A stretch of DNA of 32,000 nt from Desulfobulbus propionicus DSM 2032 (GCF_000186885.1 NC_014972.1:1140001-1172000), one strand, 5' to 3'; positions 16,679-26,427 are shown, numbered from the stretch's first letter. Notes: a model not told the origin generated them from the letters alone. A program made the numbers and translations.

Positions 16679-17715
16679 ACGTGGCCCAGCTCATCAGCCT
16701 TGCCGCCCAGCTTCTGGGCAAACCGGAACAGGCCTGGAACGAGACCAGCGTGCAGGTGACTGCCGTGGTGCCGGACGGTTCCTCGCGCCGCTTTTTCCAG
16801 CTGCGGGACGCGGACGGCCAGGGCTGTCTGGCCATTCTGCCGCCGGAACAGGATCCGCGCGGCCGGGCCGAGGCCGAGGCCTTTTTCCGTATCGGCACCC
16901 ATCTGCAACAAACAGGCGCGCCGACCCCCGAGATCCTGGCCTTTGATCCGGCCACCGGCCTGGCCCTGTGCGAGGATCTGGGCGACCACCGGCTGTACGA
17001 GCAGGTGAGCGGCCAGGGGATCGAGCAATCCCTGGACCTGTACGAACAGGCCGTGCGCCGGTTGGCCCGCATGCAGGTGCGAGCGGCCGAGGGCTTCGAT
17101 CCTGCCTGGTGTTGGGATTCGCCCCGCTACGACCGCCAACTGATGCGAGAGCGGGAGTCGGGCTATTTTCTCCGTGCCTGCTGCACCGACCTGCTCGGGC
17201 TCGCCTTTGACCGCGAGGCCGTGGAGCTTGAATGTGCCCAACTGGCCGAGGCCGCCGCCCAGGCACCGGCCGATTTTTTCCTCCACCGCGATTTCCAGTG
17301 CCGCAACATCATGCTGACCGGAGGCGCGGTGCGGTTCATCGACTTCCAGGGGGGGCGCTTGGGCCCCCTGGCCTATGACCTGGCCTCGCTGCTGCTCGAC
17401 CCCTACGCGGCCCTGCCTTCATCGATGCAGGACCATCTGCTGACGGTCTATCTCGACGCCCTGCGCGAACTGATTCCCTATGACCCCGAGCAGTTCCGCC
17501 GTGAATATCTGTTGCTGGCCCTGCAGCGCAACCTGCAGATCCTCGGCGCCTTCGCGTATTTAAGTCAGGTGCGGCGCAAGCCTTTTTTCGCCCAGTTTCT
17601 CCGACCCGCCCTGGCCTCGCTCCGAGGGTTGCTTGCCAAACCCGAGGCCGCCGGGTATGCTGCCCTCAACCACTTAACCGACCAATGCCGCCAGGAGCTG
17701 AAACACCGATCATGA
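16675..17715 (+). CDS. APH-family phosphotransferase/sugar kinase (AmgK-like)
   Basis: ATGA overlap with the NTP transferase. Kinase-like ALCEDLGDHRLYE, DFFLHRDFQCRNIMLTGGAVRFIDFQGGRLGPLAYDLASLLLDPYA. Confidence 0.85.
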   Translation: MNVAQLISLAAQLLGKPEQAWNETSVQVTAVVPDGSSRRFFQLRDADGQGCLAILPPEQDPRGRAEAEAFFRIGTHLQQTGAPTPEILAFDPATGLALCEDLGDHRLYEQVSGQGIEQSLDLYEQAVRRLARMQVRAAEGFDPAWCWDSPRYDRQLMRERESGYFLRACCTDLLGLAFDREAVELECAQLAEAAAQAPADFFLHRDFQCRNIMLTGGAVRFIDFQGGRLGPLAYDLASLLLDPYAALPSSMQDHLLTVYLDALRELIPYDPEQFRREYLLLALQRNLQILGAFAYLSQVRRKPFFAQFLRPALASLRGLLAKPEAAGYAALNHLTDQCRQELKHRS

Positions 17716-19049
17716 CCAACGACAACGCCACCCTGGTGGCCCTCATCGGCCGCCCCAACGTGGGCAAATCCACCCTGTTCAACCGCATGGTCAAGCGCCG
17801 CGACGCCCTGGTCGACCCGACCCCCGGCGTCACCCGCGACCGCCACTACGCCCGGGTCAGCTGGGAGGAGCATCCCTTCATCCTAGTGGACACCGGCGGT
17901 ATCGACGACGAGGACGACACCATCACCAACCATATCCGCCATCAGGCCCTGCTGGCCATCGAGGAGGCGGACGTCATCTTTTTTCTCATGGACGGCCGTG
18001 AGGGGCTGACCCCCAGCGACATCGAGATCGTCGATCTCCTGCGCCGCACCGAGAAAAAGGTCTTTTTCATCGTCAACAAGATCGACAGCCCGGAAATCGA
18101 AGATGCCCTGCTCGCCCCCTTCTGGGAACTGGGGGTCGACCAGCTGTGGGCACTTTCCGGCGATCACGGCTACGGCTACCAGACCTTGATGGAAGGGTTG
18201 CTGCCGTATCTGGAGAAGACCGACCTGCAGACCGAGCTGCCGGACAACACCATGCGCATCGCCTTCCTCGGCCGTCCCAATGTGGGCAAGTCGTCGATGG
18301 TCAACGCCATCATCGGCCAGGAGCGGATGGTGGTTTCCGACATTGCCGGCACCACCCGCGATTCGGTCGATACCCTGGTCACCCGCGACCCGTACACCTA
18401 CCTGCTCATCGATACCGCCGGCATCCGCCGCAAGGGCAAGACCACCGACAAGCTGGAGAAATTCTCGGTGTTGAAAGCCCTCAAGGCCCTGGGCCGGTGC
18501 GACATCGCCCTGGTGCTGATCGACGCCGAGGAGGGCATCACCGAACAGGACACCAAGGTGATCGGCTACACCCAGGACCAGGGCAGGGCGCTGATCGTCC
18601 TGATCAACAAGTGGGATCTGATCAAGGACGACAAGAAACGGCAGGAGCAGCTGATGCAGGAAGTGGAGATAGCGATCAAGTTCATCCCTTTTGCGCCGGT
18701 GCTCAAGGTTTCGGCCCTGACCGGCACCGGGATCAAGCGGCTCTTTCCCGAGATCGGCAAGGTCCACCGCCAGTTTCATCAGCGTTTTCCCACCGCCGCC
18801 CTCAACCGGCTCCTGGCCGACGCCGTGGCCAGGCACGAGCCGCCCTACTACCACGGCCGCCGGCTCAAATTCTACTACACCGCCCAGTTGGGCACGGCAC
18901 CGCCCCTGTTCGCCGTGGTCGCCAGCGATCCCAAGGGGATCCATTTTTCCTATCAGCGCTATCTGACCAACTGTTTCCGCGAGGGGCTGGGGCTGGACAA
19001 GGTGCCGGTCCGGCTGTTGTTCCGCGAGCGCAGCGGGCGGAAGAAGTGA
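17712..19049 (+). CDS. der: Ribosome-associated double GTPase Der (EngA)
   Basis: Two G-domains: ALIGRPNVGKSTLFNRMVKRRDALVDPTPGVTRDR and AFLGRPNVGKSSMVNAIIGQERMVVSDIAGTTRDS; KH-like C-terminus. Confidence 0.97.
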   Translation: MTNDNATLVALIGRPNVGKSTLFNRMVKRRDALVDPTPGVTRDRHYARVSWEEHPFILVDTGGIDDEDDTITNHIRHQALLAIEEADVIFFLMDGREGLTPSDIEIVDLLRRTEKKVFFIVNKIDSPEIEDALLAPFWELGVDQLWALSGDHGYGYQTLMEGLLPYLEKTDLQTELPDNTMRIAFLGRPNVGKSSMVNAIIGQERMVVSDIAGTTRDSVDTLVTRDPYTYLLIDTAGIRRKGKTTDKLEKFSVLKALKALGRCDIALVLIDAEEGITEQDTKVIGYTQDQGRALIVLINKWDLIKDDKKRQEQLMQEVEIAIKFIPFAPVLKVSALTGTGIKRLFPEIGKVHRQFHQRFPTAALNRLLADAVARHEPPYYHGRRLKFYYTAQLGTAPPLFAVVASDPKGIHFSYQRYLTNCFREGLGLDKVPVRLLFRERSGRKK

Positions 19050-19105
19050 ACGGGAAGGGGAGGCGGTGACCGAATCGCGGCGCGCGGACCGCCTCGGCCG
19101 GACGC

Positions 19106-19444
19106 TTATCGGTCGTCGCAGAAGCGGGACACCGTGTACTGCAAATTGGTGATCATGGCCTGAAAATCGTGGGAGCAGACGCCGTTTTTACACTGTTGTT
19201 CAAGAGCAGCGGCGGTCTCCGCCAGATCGTGCAGGCCGACATTGAGCAGGGCGCCCTTGACCGCGTGGCTGGCACGGCCCAACTGCTCCAGATCACTGTC
19301 GGCGGCCAGTTCGGCCAGCCGGTCCATGTGCGAGCGCAGGGCGTTGACGAACACCGGAATCATGGTTTCGGCCTTGTCCTCGCTGAGCAGGTAGGCGCTC
19401 ATGAGATGCTCTTTCATCCTGTGCAGATAGGCCGCGCGATCCAT
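19106..19444 (-). CDS. Hpt (histidine phosphotransfer) domain protein
   Basis: 112 aa MDRAAYLHRMKEHLMSAYLL… with LGRASHAVKGALLNVGLHDLAETAAALEQ (Hpt phospho-His motif). Confidence 0.75.
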   Translation of the reverse strand: MDRAAYLHRMKEHLMSAYLLSEDKAETMIPVFVNALRSHMDRLAELAADSDLEQLGRASHAVKGALLNVGLHDLAETAAALEQQCKNGVCSHDFQAMITNLQYTVSRFCDDR

Positions 19445-19546
19445 GGTTTTCCTCCTCCCTGTGCGAGTGGTCGTCCGGGAACATTCATCGCCACCAGCAT
19501 AGAGCATTTTTGCCCGTGATTCAAGGAGCGGACAAGGAAGACAACC

Positions 19547-20584
19547 GTGCTGCACCCGCTTGAACAAACTATCCGGCAGACCCTGCGGCGCGAGTCGCTC
19601 GCCGGCGCCGGGGATCGCATCCTCGTCGGCGTGTCCGGCGGCGCTGATTCCCTGGCGCTGTTGCATCTGCTGGCGGCGCTTCGCGGGGAAATATCCCTGA
19701 CCCTGATTGCCGCCTATGTCGATCATGGATTGCGTCCCAAGGAAACCCCGGCGGAATGGGCCTGCGTGCAGGAGGCCGCTGCCGTTCTGGGTATCAACAG
19801 CGTGCGCGCGGTCGCGGACGTGCATGGCCGCGCAGCCCGGCAAAAATTGTCGCTGGAACACGCGGCCCGGGAAGCGCGTTACCAGGCGTTGGGCGCATTG
19901 ATCCGACAGCAGGGGGCAAATCTCCTGGCCGTGGCCCATACCGCCGATGATCAAGCCGAAGAGATTCTGTTGCGGCTGTTTCGCGGCGGCGGCCGCAAGG
20001 CCTTATCCGGGATGCGGATGCGCGCCGGCCATCTGATCCGGCCCCTGCTGGCCACCCGCAAGGCGATGCTGTTGGCCTATCTCCGCGACCAGGGCATCGG
20101 CTACTGTCACGATTCGAGCAACGACGATCGCCGATTCCTTCGCAACCGCATCCGCCTCGACCTTCTGCCGCTCTTGGAACTGGACTACGATCCCGGCATC
20201 CGCCAGGCCCTGCTCAAGACGGCGGCCAATCTTCGCGAGGATGAGGACCTGTTGGAGCAGCTGCTGGCCGCCAGGTGGGAGGCTGTGGTGACCATCGAGC
20301 AGGCGGTCGAGGCCGCCTGTCCGATCGCCAGACTCGACCGTTCTCCTTTCCGAGGTCTGCATCCGGCCCTGCAGCGCCGCCTGGTGGAGCGGCTGCTGTG
20401 GACGTTGGGCGCCGTCGCCCGTTACGACCACATTCTTGCGGTGCTCGAAGCAGCCCGCCATGGCCGCACCGGCAGCGAGTTGCACCTCGGCCAGGGGTTG
20501 CGGGTCAGGGTGCGGCGCGATTCCCTCGAATTCTCCTATCCGCTGGGCAAAGGTCCCTGGCGCGGTCGCCTCGCTCGCCCCTGA
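19547..20584 (+). CDS. tilS: tRNA(Ile)-lysidine synthase TilS
   Basis: ILVGVSGGADSLALLHLLAALRG PP-loop; AHTADDQAEEILLRLFRGGG; DSSNDDRRFLRNRIR. Confidence 0.93.
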   Translation: MLHPLEQTIRQTLRRESLAGAGDRILVGVSGGADSLALLHLLAALRGEISLTLIAAYVDHGLRPKETPAEWACVQEAAAVLGINSVRAVADVHGRAARQKLSLEHAAREARYQALGALIRQQGANLLAVAHTADDQAEEILLRLFRGGGRKALSGMRMRAGHLIRPLLATRKAMLLAYLRDQGIGYCHDSSNDDRRFLRNRIRLDLLPLLELDYDPGIRQALLKTAANLREDEDLLEQLLAARWEAVVTIEQAVEAACPIARLDRSPFRGLHPALQRRLVERLLWTLGAVARYDHILAVLEAARHGRTGSELHLGQGLRVRVRRDSLEFSYPLGKGPWRGRLARP

Positions 20585-20713
20585 GCCTTCCCGCCTCTCC
20601 TTCGACAATTCCGTCGAGCCCTGCCGCCAGGTTGTCGAAGTCTTGGACCCGCGTTTGTTCTGTTTTTTTTCTATCTGTTTGAATTGTTGTGCAAAAAAAA
20701 TCGGTAAATGCGT

Positions 20714-20729
20714 TGGCACGGATGTTGGA
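20714..20729 (+). promoter_or_regulatory. Near-consensus sigma-54 (-24/-12) promoter upstream of the ZraP-like gene
   Basis: TGGCACG-GATG-TTGGA vs consensus TGGCACG-N4-TTGCW. A sigma-54 activator gene lies immediately downstream of the target. Confidence 0.7.
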
Positions 20730-20804
20730 ATGAAAGAGGTGACAACGTATTGGTGGTTCCCGAGCGGGAACTGTTACTTGGAACACAAACAACGAGGTGC
20801 AACA

Positions 20805-21152
20805 ATGAAAACGATCAAAAAGAGTCTGCTGGTTCTCGCGACCCTGATGCTGGCCGCCACGGCTGCCTGGGCGGTGGATTATTCCAAGATGTCCACCGAT
20901 GAGTTGAGTGCGGCGCGCGGTACCCTGTACAATGCCACTCCCGAGGAGTGGAACGCCTTTCATACCGAGTGGTGGAAACGGCTGAGCCAGATGAGCCCGG
21001 AAGAGCGGCAGAAGTATCTGGGACCGGGCATGGGCCGCGGCATGGGTCGGGGAATGGGCAAAGGTATGGGCATGGGTCGCGGCATGGGGTGCTGCCCCTG
21101 CTGGGCGGTGCCGACCGCTCCGGGTCAGGCGCCGGCAGCCGCAGGTAAATAA
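20805..21152 (+). CDS. Small secreted ZraP-like / metal-stress protein with Met-Gly-Arg repeat tail
   Basis: Signal peptide MKTIKKSLLVLATLMLAATAAWA; WWKRLSQMSPEERQKYL; GPGMGRGMGRGMGKGMGMGRGMGCCPC. Confidence 0.65.
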   Translation: MKTIKKSLLVLATLMLAATAAWAVDYSKMSTDELSAARGTLYNATPEEWNAFHTEWWKRLSQMSPEERQKYLGPGMGRGMGRGMGKGMGMGRGMGCCPCWAVPTAPGQAPAAAGK

Positions 21153-21209
21153 CGTTTTCCTCCCGTGATCGGGTGCCGCTCTCCTTGGACGGAGACGCGG
21201 CGCCCGCCG

Positions 21210-22541
21210 TTATCGTTTTTTCTCGATGCCCAATCGTTCCATCTTGTAGCGCAGCACCCGCTCGCTGATGCCCAGGGACTCGGCGGCATGGGTCTGGACC
21301 CAGTTGTGGCGCTCCAGGGCTTCGATGAGCATCTGCCGTTCCACCTCGGCCAGGCGGTCGTTGAGATCGCCCTCGCTTGTCGCCCCGCGATAATCCCGGA
21401 TCTCGGGCGGCAGGTCACGCAGGCCGATGTTGGTTGAGCGGGCCAGGGTCACGGTCCGTTGCAGGACATGTTCCAGCTCCCGGATATTGCCGGGGAACGG
21501 ATACTTGCTCAGTTGCGCGAGGGCCTGGTCGTCGAACACGGCCGGGCTTTGGTATTTGTGGAGGAAAAAGCGGATCAGCTCAGGAATTTCCTCCTTGCGC
21601 CGCCGCAGGGGTGGGATGTCGAGGGCGATGACGTTGAGCCGGAAATAGAGATCCTCGCGAAAGCCGCCCGCTGCCACCATCTGCTTGAGGTCGCGATTGG
21701 TGGCCGCCAGGATGCGGACATCCACCGGCAGCAGCTGCTCGCCGCCCACCCGACTGAAGGTTTTTTCCTGCAGGGTCCGCAGCAGCTTCGCCTGCACCGC
21801 CAGGGGCAGCTCGCCGACCTCGTCGAGCAGCAGGGTTCCGCCGTGGGCTTGTTCAACCACCCCACGCCGCCGGTTGGCCGCGCCGGTGAAGGCGCCTTTT
21901 TCGTGGCCGAACAGTTCGGACTCAAACAACCCTTCGGGCACGGCCGCGCAGTTGAGGGGGATGAACGGGCCTTCCTTGCGCGGGCTGAGCAGGTGGATGA
22001 GCCGGGCGATGAGTTCCTTACCGGTGCCGGTTTCACCCTGGATCAGCACGGTCCAGGGGCTGGGCGCGGCCCGCATCACCAGGGAAAGGACCTGACGCAT
22101 GGCCGGGCTGGCGGCGATCATCCGCACCGGCAGGGCCTCGGTGTCAATGGTTTCCTCGACCCGGGCGACATCATCGGCGATAAAGAGCTGTTCCTCAATG
22201 ACGCGGATCTTGGCGAGCAGCGCCTCAAGATCGATCGGCTTTTCCAGGAAATCGTCCGCGCCCAGCCGCATCACCCGCACCGCGGTGTCCACCGCCCCGT
22301 AGGCAGTGATCATGATCACCCTGGCCAGCGGGCTCTGTGCCTTGATCCGGGCCAACACCTCGTCGCCGTTCATGTCCGGCATGCGGTGATCGAGTAGCAC
22401 CAAGTCGATCGGCTGGCGCATGAACTGGCTCAGGGCCTCGGTGCCGTTAGCCGCCTCGTGCACGGTATAGCCCTGCTTCTTGAGAAAGCCGCTGAGCATG
22501 TCCCGCTGCAACGGCTCGTCATCGACGATCAGAATACGCAT
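21210..22541 (-). CDS. Sigma-54-dependent response regulator (NtrC/ZraR family)
   Basis: Receiver MRILIVDDEPLQRDMLSGFL…VDLVLLDHRMPDMNG; AAA+ GETGTGKELIARLIH, ELFGHEKGAFTGA; Fis-type HTH at the C-terminus. Confidence 0.95.
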   Translation of the reverse strand: MRILIVDDEPLQRDMLSGFLKKQGYTVHEAANGTEALSQFMRQPIDLVLLDHRMPDMNGDEVLARIKAQSPLARVIMITAYGAVDTAVRVMRLGADDFLEKPIDLEALLAKIRVIEEQLFIADDVARVEETIDTEALPVRMIAASPAMRQVLSLVMRAAPSPWTVLIQGETGTGKELIARLIHLLSPRKEGPFIPLNCAAVPEGLFESELFGHEKGAFTGAANRRRGVVEQAHGGTLLLDEVGELPLAVQAKLLRTLQEKTFSRVGGEQLLPVDVRILAATNRDLKQMVAAGGFREDLYFRLNVIALDIPPLRRRKEEIPELIRFFLHKYQSPAVFDDQALAQLSKYPFPGNIRELEHVLQRTVTLARSTNIGLRDLPPEIRDYRGATSEGDLNDRLAEVERQMLIEALERHNWVQTHAAESLGISERVLRYKMERLGIEKKR

Positions 22542-24147
22542 CCGCGTCCTCCTCTTTTTTCCCCGCCTCCATGACTCTATGCGCCGATCGGGAGCCGGTT
22601 CGCGGCAGGGTGACCGACACGGTCAGTTGTTCCTGCTCGGGATCGGCTACGATCCGCAGCCCGCCGCCATGCGCCTCGGCGATTCGCCGGCACAAGGCCA
22701 GTCCAAGACCGGTACCCCGAATCTTGGTGGTGAAATAAGGTTCGCCCAGGCGGGCGATGTCCTCGGTGGATAACCGGCAGCCGCCGTTGGTCAGGGCCAG
22801 GGTGAGGGTGTGGGGCGCCGGATACAGGCCGATGCGGACAAATCCTCCCTTGGGCTGGGCCTCGACGCTGTTGTTGAGCAGGTTTTCCAGCAGCTCGGCC
22901 AGCAGGTCGGGATCGGCGTCGACCATGTCTCCGGCGGCATCCGGCAGGATCAGGTCAATCCCCTGGTCCGTGCAGCGCTGCCGGTACAGGGGCACGATGC
23001 GTCGAAGCAGGGCCAGCGGATCCACGGGCTGCGGATGCGGCACCAGGGTGCGGGTGAACCGCTGCAATTCGGAGATGATGCCGCTGGCACGGCGTACCGC
23101 CTCGTTCATGGCCGCGATCAGCTGGCGGTGTTCGCCATCGAGATGGTCCGATTCCAGTTGGAGCCGCTGCAACCCCATGCTGATGGCATTGAGCGGATTG
23201 CGGACTTCATGGGCAATGGTGGCCGTGGCCCTCCCCAGGGCCGCCGCCTCGTGCTCCTTGGCCAGCTCCCGCTCGAAGGCACGGCTGCGGGCAAGGTCGG
23301 CCTGTTGGTGGCGGTACAGCAGCCAGGAGAAAAAAAGGCCAAGGAGCAGCAGCAGGACGCTGAAGAGCAAAAATTGATGCCGTAGCTGCCGCAGCCGATT
23401 GACATGGTTGGCCGCATCGAGGCCCACCGCCAGGGTGCCCATGGGCGTGGCCAGCCGTGCCTCCGCCGTTTGCCTGCCTTCCGAGGTCAGCAGCCGGATC
23501 GGATCCGCGTTGACGGGAGGCGCCGTGTGTTCCAGGCGGACAAAATGGATGCCGGGCAAACGGGAGAGGTTGGCCAGCAGCATCGGCAGGGCGGTCTTGT
23601 CGCGCAGCTCGATCATGGCGTGGGCATCGAGACCGACGCGGATGCAGTCGATCTCTGGTTCGGCGGCCGGATAGAGCAGCAGGGCGGTCTGCCGGCTCGG
23701 GTCATAATGGAGCTGATCAACACTCAGGTCACAGCGTTGTGGTCCCGACAGCCATTCAGCCGGGCCGCCGACCACCGTTTTGTCCTTGCGGACCAGGGCG
23801 ATGCCGAGCAGGCCGGTTTCCCGGGCGAGCGCGGTCAGTTCCTCGGGCTGCAACGGGTCGATGGTGTTGAGATATTCAACAAACCGGGCCTTGTCGCGGA
23901 GAAAGGAGGTGGTCACCGCGTCGATGGTGGCCTGGGCCTGGGCGGCGTTGGCCAGGTGCTCCTCGATGATCGCCGCCATCATCTGCGACCTTCCCAGGGT
24001 GTTGCGGTGGAGGTCACGGTCGATGGCCACCATCTGCCAGAAAAAGGCCCCCAGTACCAAGGTGATGAGCAGGCCGAATCCGATCAGGTTCATGGCCCAG
24101 GAGGGCAGGGGGAGGCGGTCTCCCGATCGGTTCACCGGCTTCGCCAT
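22519..24147 (-). CDS. Membrane sensor histidine kinase (ZraS/NtrB-like)
   Basis: Start MAKPVNRSG; TM segment; HEVRNPLNAISMGLQRL (H box), LLENLLNNSVEAQ (N box), GTGLGLALCRRIAEAHGG (G box). Confidence 0.93.
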   Translation of the reverse strand: MAKPVNRSGDRLPLPSWAMNLIGFGLLITLVLGAFFWQMVAIDRDLHRNTLGRSQMMAAIIEEHLANAAQAQATIDAVTTSFLRDKARFVEYLNTIDPLQPEELTALARETGLLGIALVRKDKTVVGGPAEWLSGPQRCDLSVDQLHYDPSRQTALLLYPAAEPEIDCIRVGLDAHAMIELRDKTALPMLLANLSRLPGIHFVRLEHTAPPVNADPIRLLTSEGRQTAEARLATPMGTLAVGLDAANHVNRLRQLRHQFLLFSVLLLLLGLFFSWLLYRHQQADLARSRAFERELAKEHEAAALGRATATIAHEVRNPLNAISMGLQRLQLESDHLDGEHRQLIAAMNEAVRRASGIISELQRFTRTLVPHPQPVDPLALLRRIVPLYRQRCTDQGIDLILPDAAGDMVDADPDLLAELLENLLNNSVEAQPKGGFVRIGLYPAPHTLTLALTNGGCRLSTEDIARLGEPYFTTKIRGTGLGLALCRRIAEAHGGGLRIVADPEQEQLTVSVTLPRTGSRSAHRVMEAGKKEEDADAYSDRR

Positions 24148-24473
24148 CGTTCCCCGCCGCGATAGCGCTGTTGGGGACAGGCCTGGCCACGGTGCATGCC
24201 GTGCCCACCGTGGTGGCCCCGGCGGCACAGACCCAAACGGGCGCGAACACCGGTGGGATCCTGGCCATAGCGCTGTTTCAAGACGTGGATATTCTCCTGG
24301 CTTTCGGACGGGTCGGTGCGGGGCGGCGCGTTCCCGGCTTCCTGGGGCGTGACGGCGGTTTGGACGTGCTCGGTGGGGAGGCCATCTGGCTCGGCCGCCT
24401 GGAGGCACGGCGCCAGGCAGACAATCAGAATCAGGAGGAGCAGGATCAGGTGCGTTGGGCGTGGCAGCTTCAT
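24132..24473 (-). CDS. Small secreted His-rich protein, possible metal-binding accessory of the two-component locus
   Basis: MKLPRPTHLILLLLILIVCLAPCLQA signal; RRGHHGGHGMHRG; overlaps the histidine kinase start by 16 nt. Confidence 0.5.
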   Translation of the reverse strand: MKLPRPTHLILLLLILIVCLAPCLQAAEPDGLPTEHVQTAVTPQEAGNAPPRTDPSESQENIHVLKQRYGQDPTGVRARLGLCRRGHHGGHGMHRGQACPQQRYRGGERWRSR

Positions 24474-24775
24474 GCGTACGGAACAGAGAAGGGGAAAAGG
24501 GCCCGGACGGACCGGGGATTGTTTCAATCAGTTTTTATACATTATACATGCCAGATGCGGCGACGGACGGTCTCTCGGATTTGCCCGCCTGCAACAAGCT
24601 GATCGCCGTCTCGTCCCGTCCGTTCCTCGATGGGTTCGACATAATTGTCGAAACGATCCCCAAGACTGTCGATTGGGAGGCCCGTCGGGTATGCGAGACT
24701 TGAAAAACAGCACCGCCCTTCCTATAACAACAAAGTTGATTCCACGGCAACACAACCTGTGTAGAGGAGATCGAG

Positions 24776-25594
24776 ATGACAGAAGCGTATCAGGATATTG
24801 ATGCGGAACGGCTACGCGCCTACATGGCCAGGCGGCAGGAGAACGAATATCTGCTGGTCGATGTGCGCCAGCCTGACGAGTACGCCAAGGGCCATATCCC
24901 CGGATCCGTGCTTATTCCCCTGGGCGAAGTGTCCGAACGGCTGCGCGAGCTGCCGGTGGACAAGGATATCGTCGTCTACTGCCGCTCCGGCAAGCGGTCC
25001 CGGGCCGCTGCCCTGTTCATCAGTTCACGGCCTTATGTGGCCGGGACGATCTTCAATCTGACCGGCGGCATTCTCGCCTGGGATGGCCATCTGCTGCCCG
25101 CGGTTCCAAGCATCAAGGTCTTTGATCGTGCCGGCGACGATCGGCAGGTCCTGCTGCGGGCCATGGACTTGGAGCGCGGCGCCCAACGGTTTTACACCGC
25201 CCTGCGTCAGCGCTACGGCGCCATTGCCTGGGCGGAGCGCCTGGCCGAACTGGCCGGCGCGGAGGAGGGGCACGCGCGGCTCATCTATGGCCACTGGGCC
25301 GAGGGGCAAAGCGATCCACCCGATTTCGCGACCGTGTATCAGGGGCTGGCCGGCGATATCGTCGAAGGCGGCTATTCCTTCAGCGCCCTGGTGGCCATGC
25401 TGGAAGAACAGCCTCAGCAACCGTGCCGATCCACCCTGGAAATGGCGCTGACCATCGAGTACTCGGCTTACGATCTTTCTCGCAACATGGCGCACCGCTT
25501 TCAGGGGCAGCCGATGGAAGCGGTGTTCAACACCATCGCCGAGGCGGAAAAGGAGCACATGCAGCTGGTGGCGCGGGCCTTGTCCCTCTGTTAG
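24776..25594 (+). CDS. Rhodanese domain fused to ferritin-like/rubrerythrin-type domain
   Basis: Rhodanese EYLLVDVRQPDEYAKGHIPGSVLIPLGE…DIVVYCRSGKRSRAAA. C-terminal LERGAQRFYTALRQRY…AGAEEGHARLIY…AIAEAEKEHMQL carboxylate helices. Confidence 0.8.
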   Translation: MTEAYQDIDAERLRAYMARRQENEYLLVDVRQPDEYAKGHIPGSVLIPLGEVSERLRELPVDKDIVVYCRSGKRSRAAALFISSRPYVAGTIFNLTGGILAWDGHLLPAVPSIKVFDRAGDDRQVLLRAMDLERGAQRFYTALRQRYGAIAWAERLAELAGAEEGHARLIYGHWAEGQSDPPDFATVYQGLAGDIVEGGYSFSALVAMLEEQPQQPCRSTLEMALTIEYSAYDLSRNMAHRFQGQPMEAVFNTIAEAEKEHMQLVARALSLC

Positions 25595-25764
25595 GGGCGC
25601 TGAAAGATTGCTTGCGCGAATGCTGGGCTAATGGTATATTTTTTCAATAGAATAAGCAGGTTGGTTAAGTAAGGGGTTTTTCCGGGAAGTCATCGGCGGG
25701 GGGAGCTGTCGGCTTACGTCAGGGAAAGCGACGATAATTCTTGAACAGATTCAAGGAGGATTGT

Positions 25765-26427
25765 ATGCAGCACTTTTCGTACAGAAGCACCACCTATCAA
25801 GTCGATGATCAGGGCTTTTTGCTGGAGACCAAATTTTGGGACAGCAATTTTGCCGAAGGGGTGGCCAAGGAATTGAACATCGAAGGGCTGACCAACGAGC
25901 ATTGGGACGCGATCAACTTTCTGCGGGAAGTGTTTGCCTCAACCGGTGCCTGCCCCACCATCTTTGCGGTCTGCAAGGCCATCAACTTGCGGCCACGGGA
26001 GATGAAACAGCTGTTTCCCGCCGGCTATCACCGCGGCCTGTGCCGGATGGCCGGTGTCCATTACCGGATGCACCGTCTGCCGGACAACAGCCACCTGGCG
26101 GAGATGACCACCGATCTCGAAGCCCTGTCCGGGGACAAGCACTATCAGGTGGATGTGCGCGGCTTTTTGATCGATCCTGAGAGCTGGGATCCGCATTACG
26201 CCATGCACCGTGCCATGGAGATGAATATTCCCAACGGTCAGCTGACCGAACCCCATTGGCGGGTGATCAACTATCTCCGGGATGTACATCAGCGGGAACG
26301 ACGTATTCCCACTGTGTACGAGACGTGCGAGAATTGCCAGCTCGATCTCGAGGCACTCGGCGCCTTGTTTCCGGACGGCTATCATCGCGGGGCGGTGAAG
26401 ATCGCTGGCCTGCGCTTTGTCAAATAG
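25765..26427 (+). CDS. Double-domain DsrC/TusE-like sulfur-relay protein (copy 1)
   Basis: Two consecutive DsrC/TusE-like units: DDQGFLLETKFWDSNFAEGVAKELNIEGLTNEHWDAINFLREVF…LFPAGYHRGLCRMAG and DVRGFLIDPESWDPHYAMHRAMEMNI…LTEPHWRVINYLRDVH…LFPDGYHRGAVKIAGLRFVK. Confidence 0.8.
   Translation: MQHFSYRSTTYQVDDQGFLLETKFWDSNFAEGVAKELNIEGLTNEHWDAINFLREVFASTGACPTIFAVCKAINLRPREMKQLFPAGYHRGLCRMAGVHYRMHRLPDNSHLAEMTTDLEALSGDKHYQVDVRGFLIDPESWDPHYAMHRAMEMNIPNGQLTEPHWRVINYLRDVHQRERRIPTVYETCENCQLDLEALGALFPDGYHRGAVKIAGLRFVK

Noticed and set aside
16420-17286. 288-aa minus-strand ORF
   Set aside because: Antisense to the kinase/NTP-transferase pair; no recognisable motifs.
17883-18944. 353-aa minus-strand ORF opposite der
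   Set aside because: Shadow ORF; der on the plus strand has both complete GTPase domains.
21040-21100. Short tandem GGCATGGGTCG-like repeats suggesting a VNTR or CRISPR-like array
   Set aside because: Explained by the in-frame GMGRGMGKGMG protein tail. No spacer/repeat architecture. No CRISPR array was noticed in the window by eye.
21459-22397. 312-aa plus-strand ORF opposite the response regulator
   Set aside because: Antisense to clear NtrC/ZraR-family coding sequence; low-complexity His/Gly/Arg composition typical of shadow ORFs.
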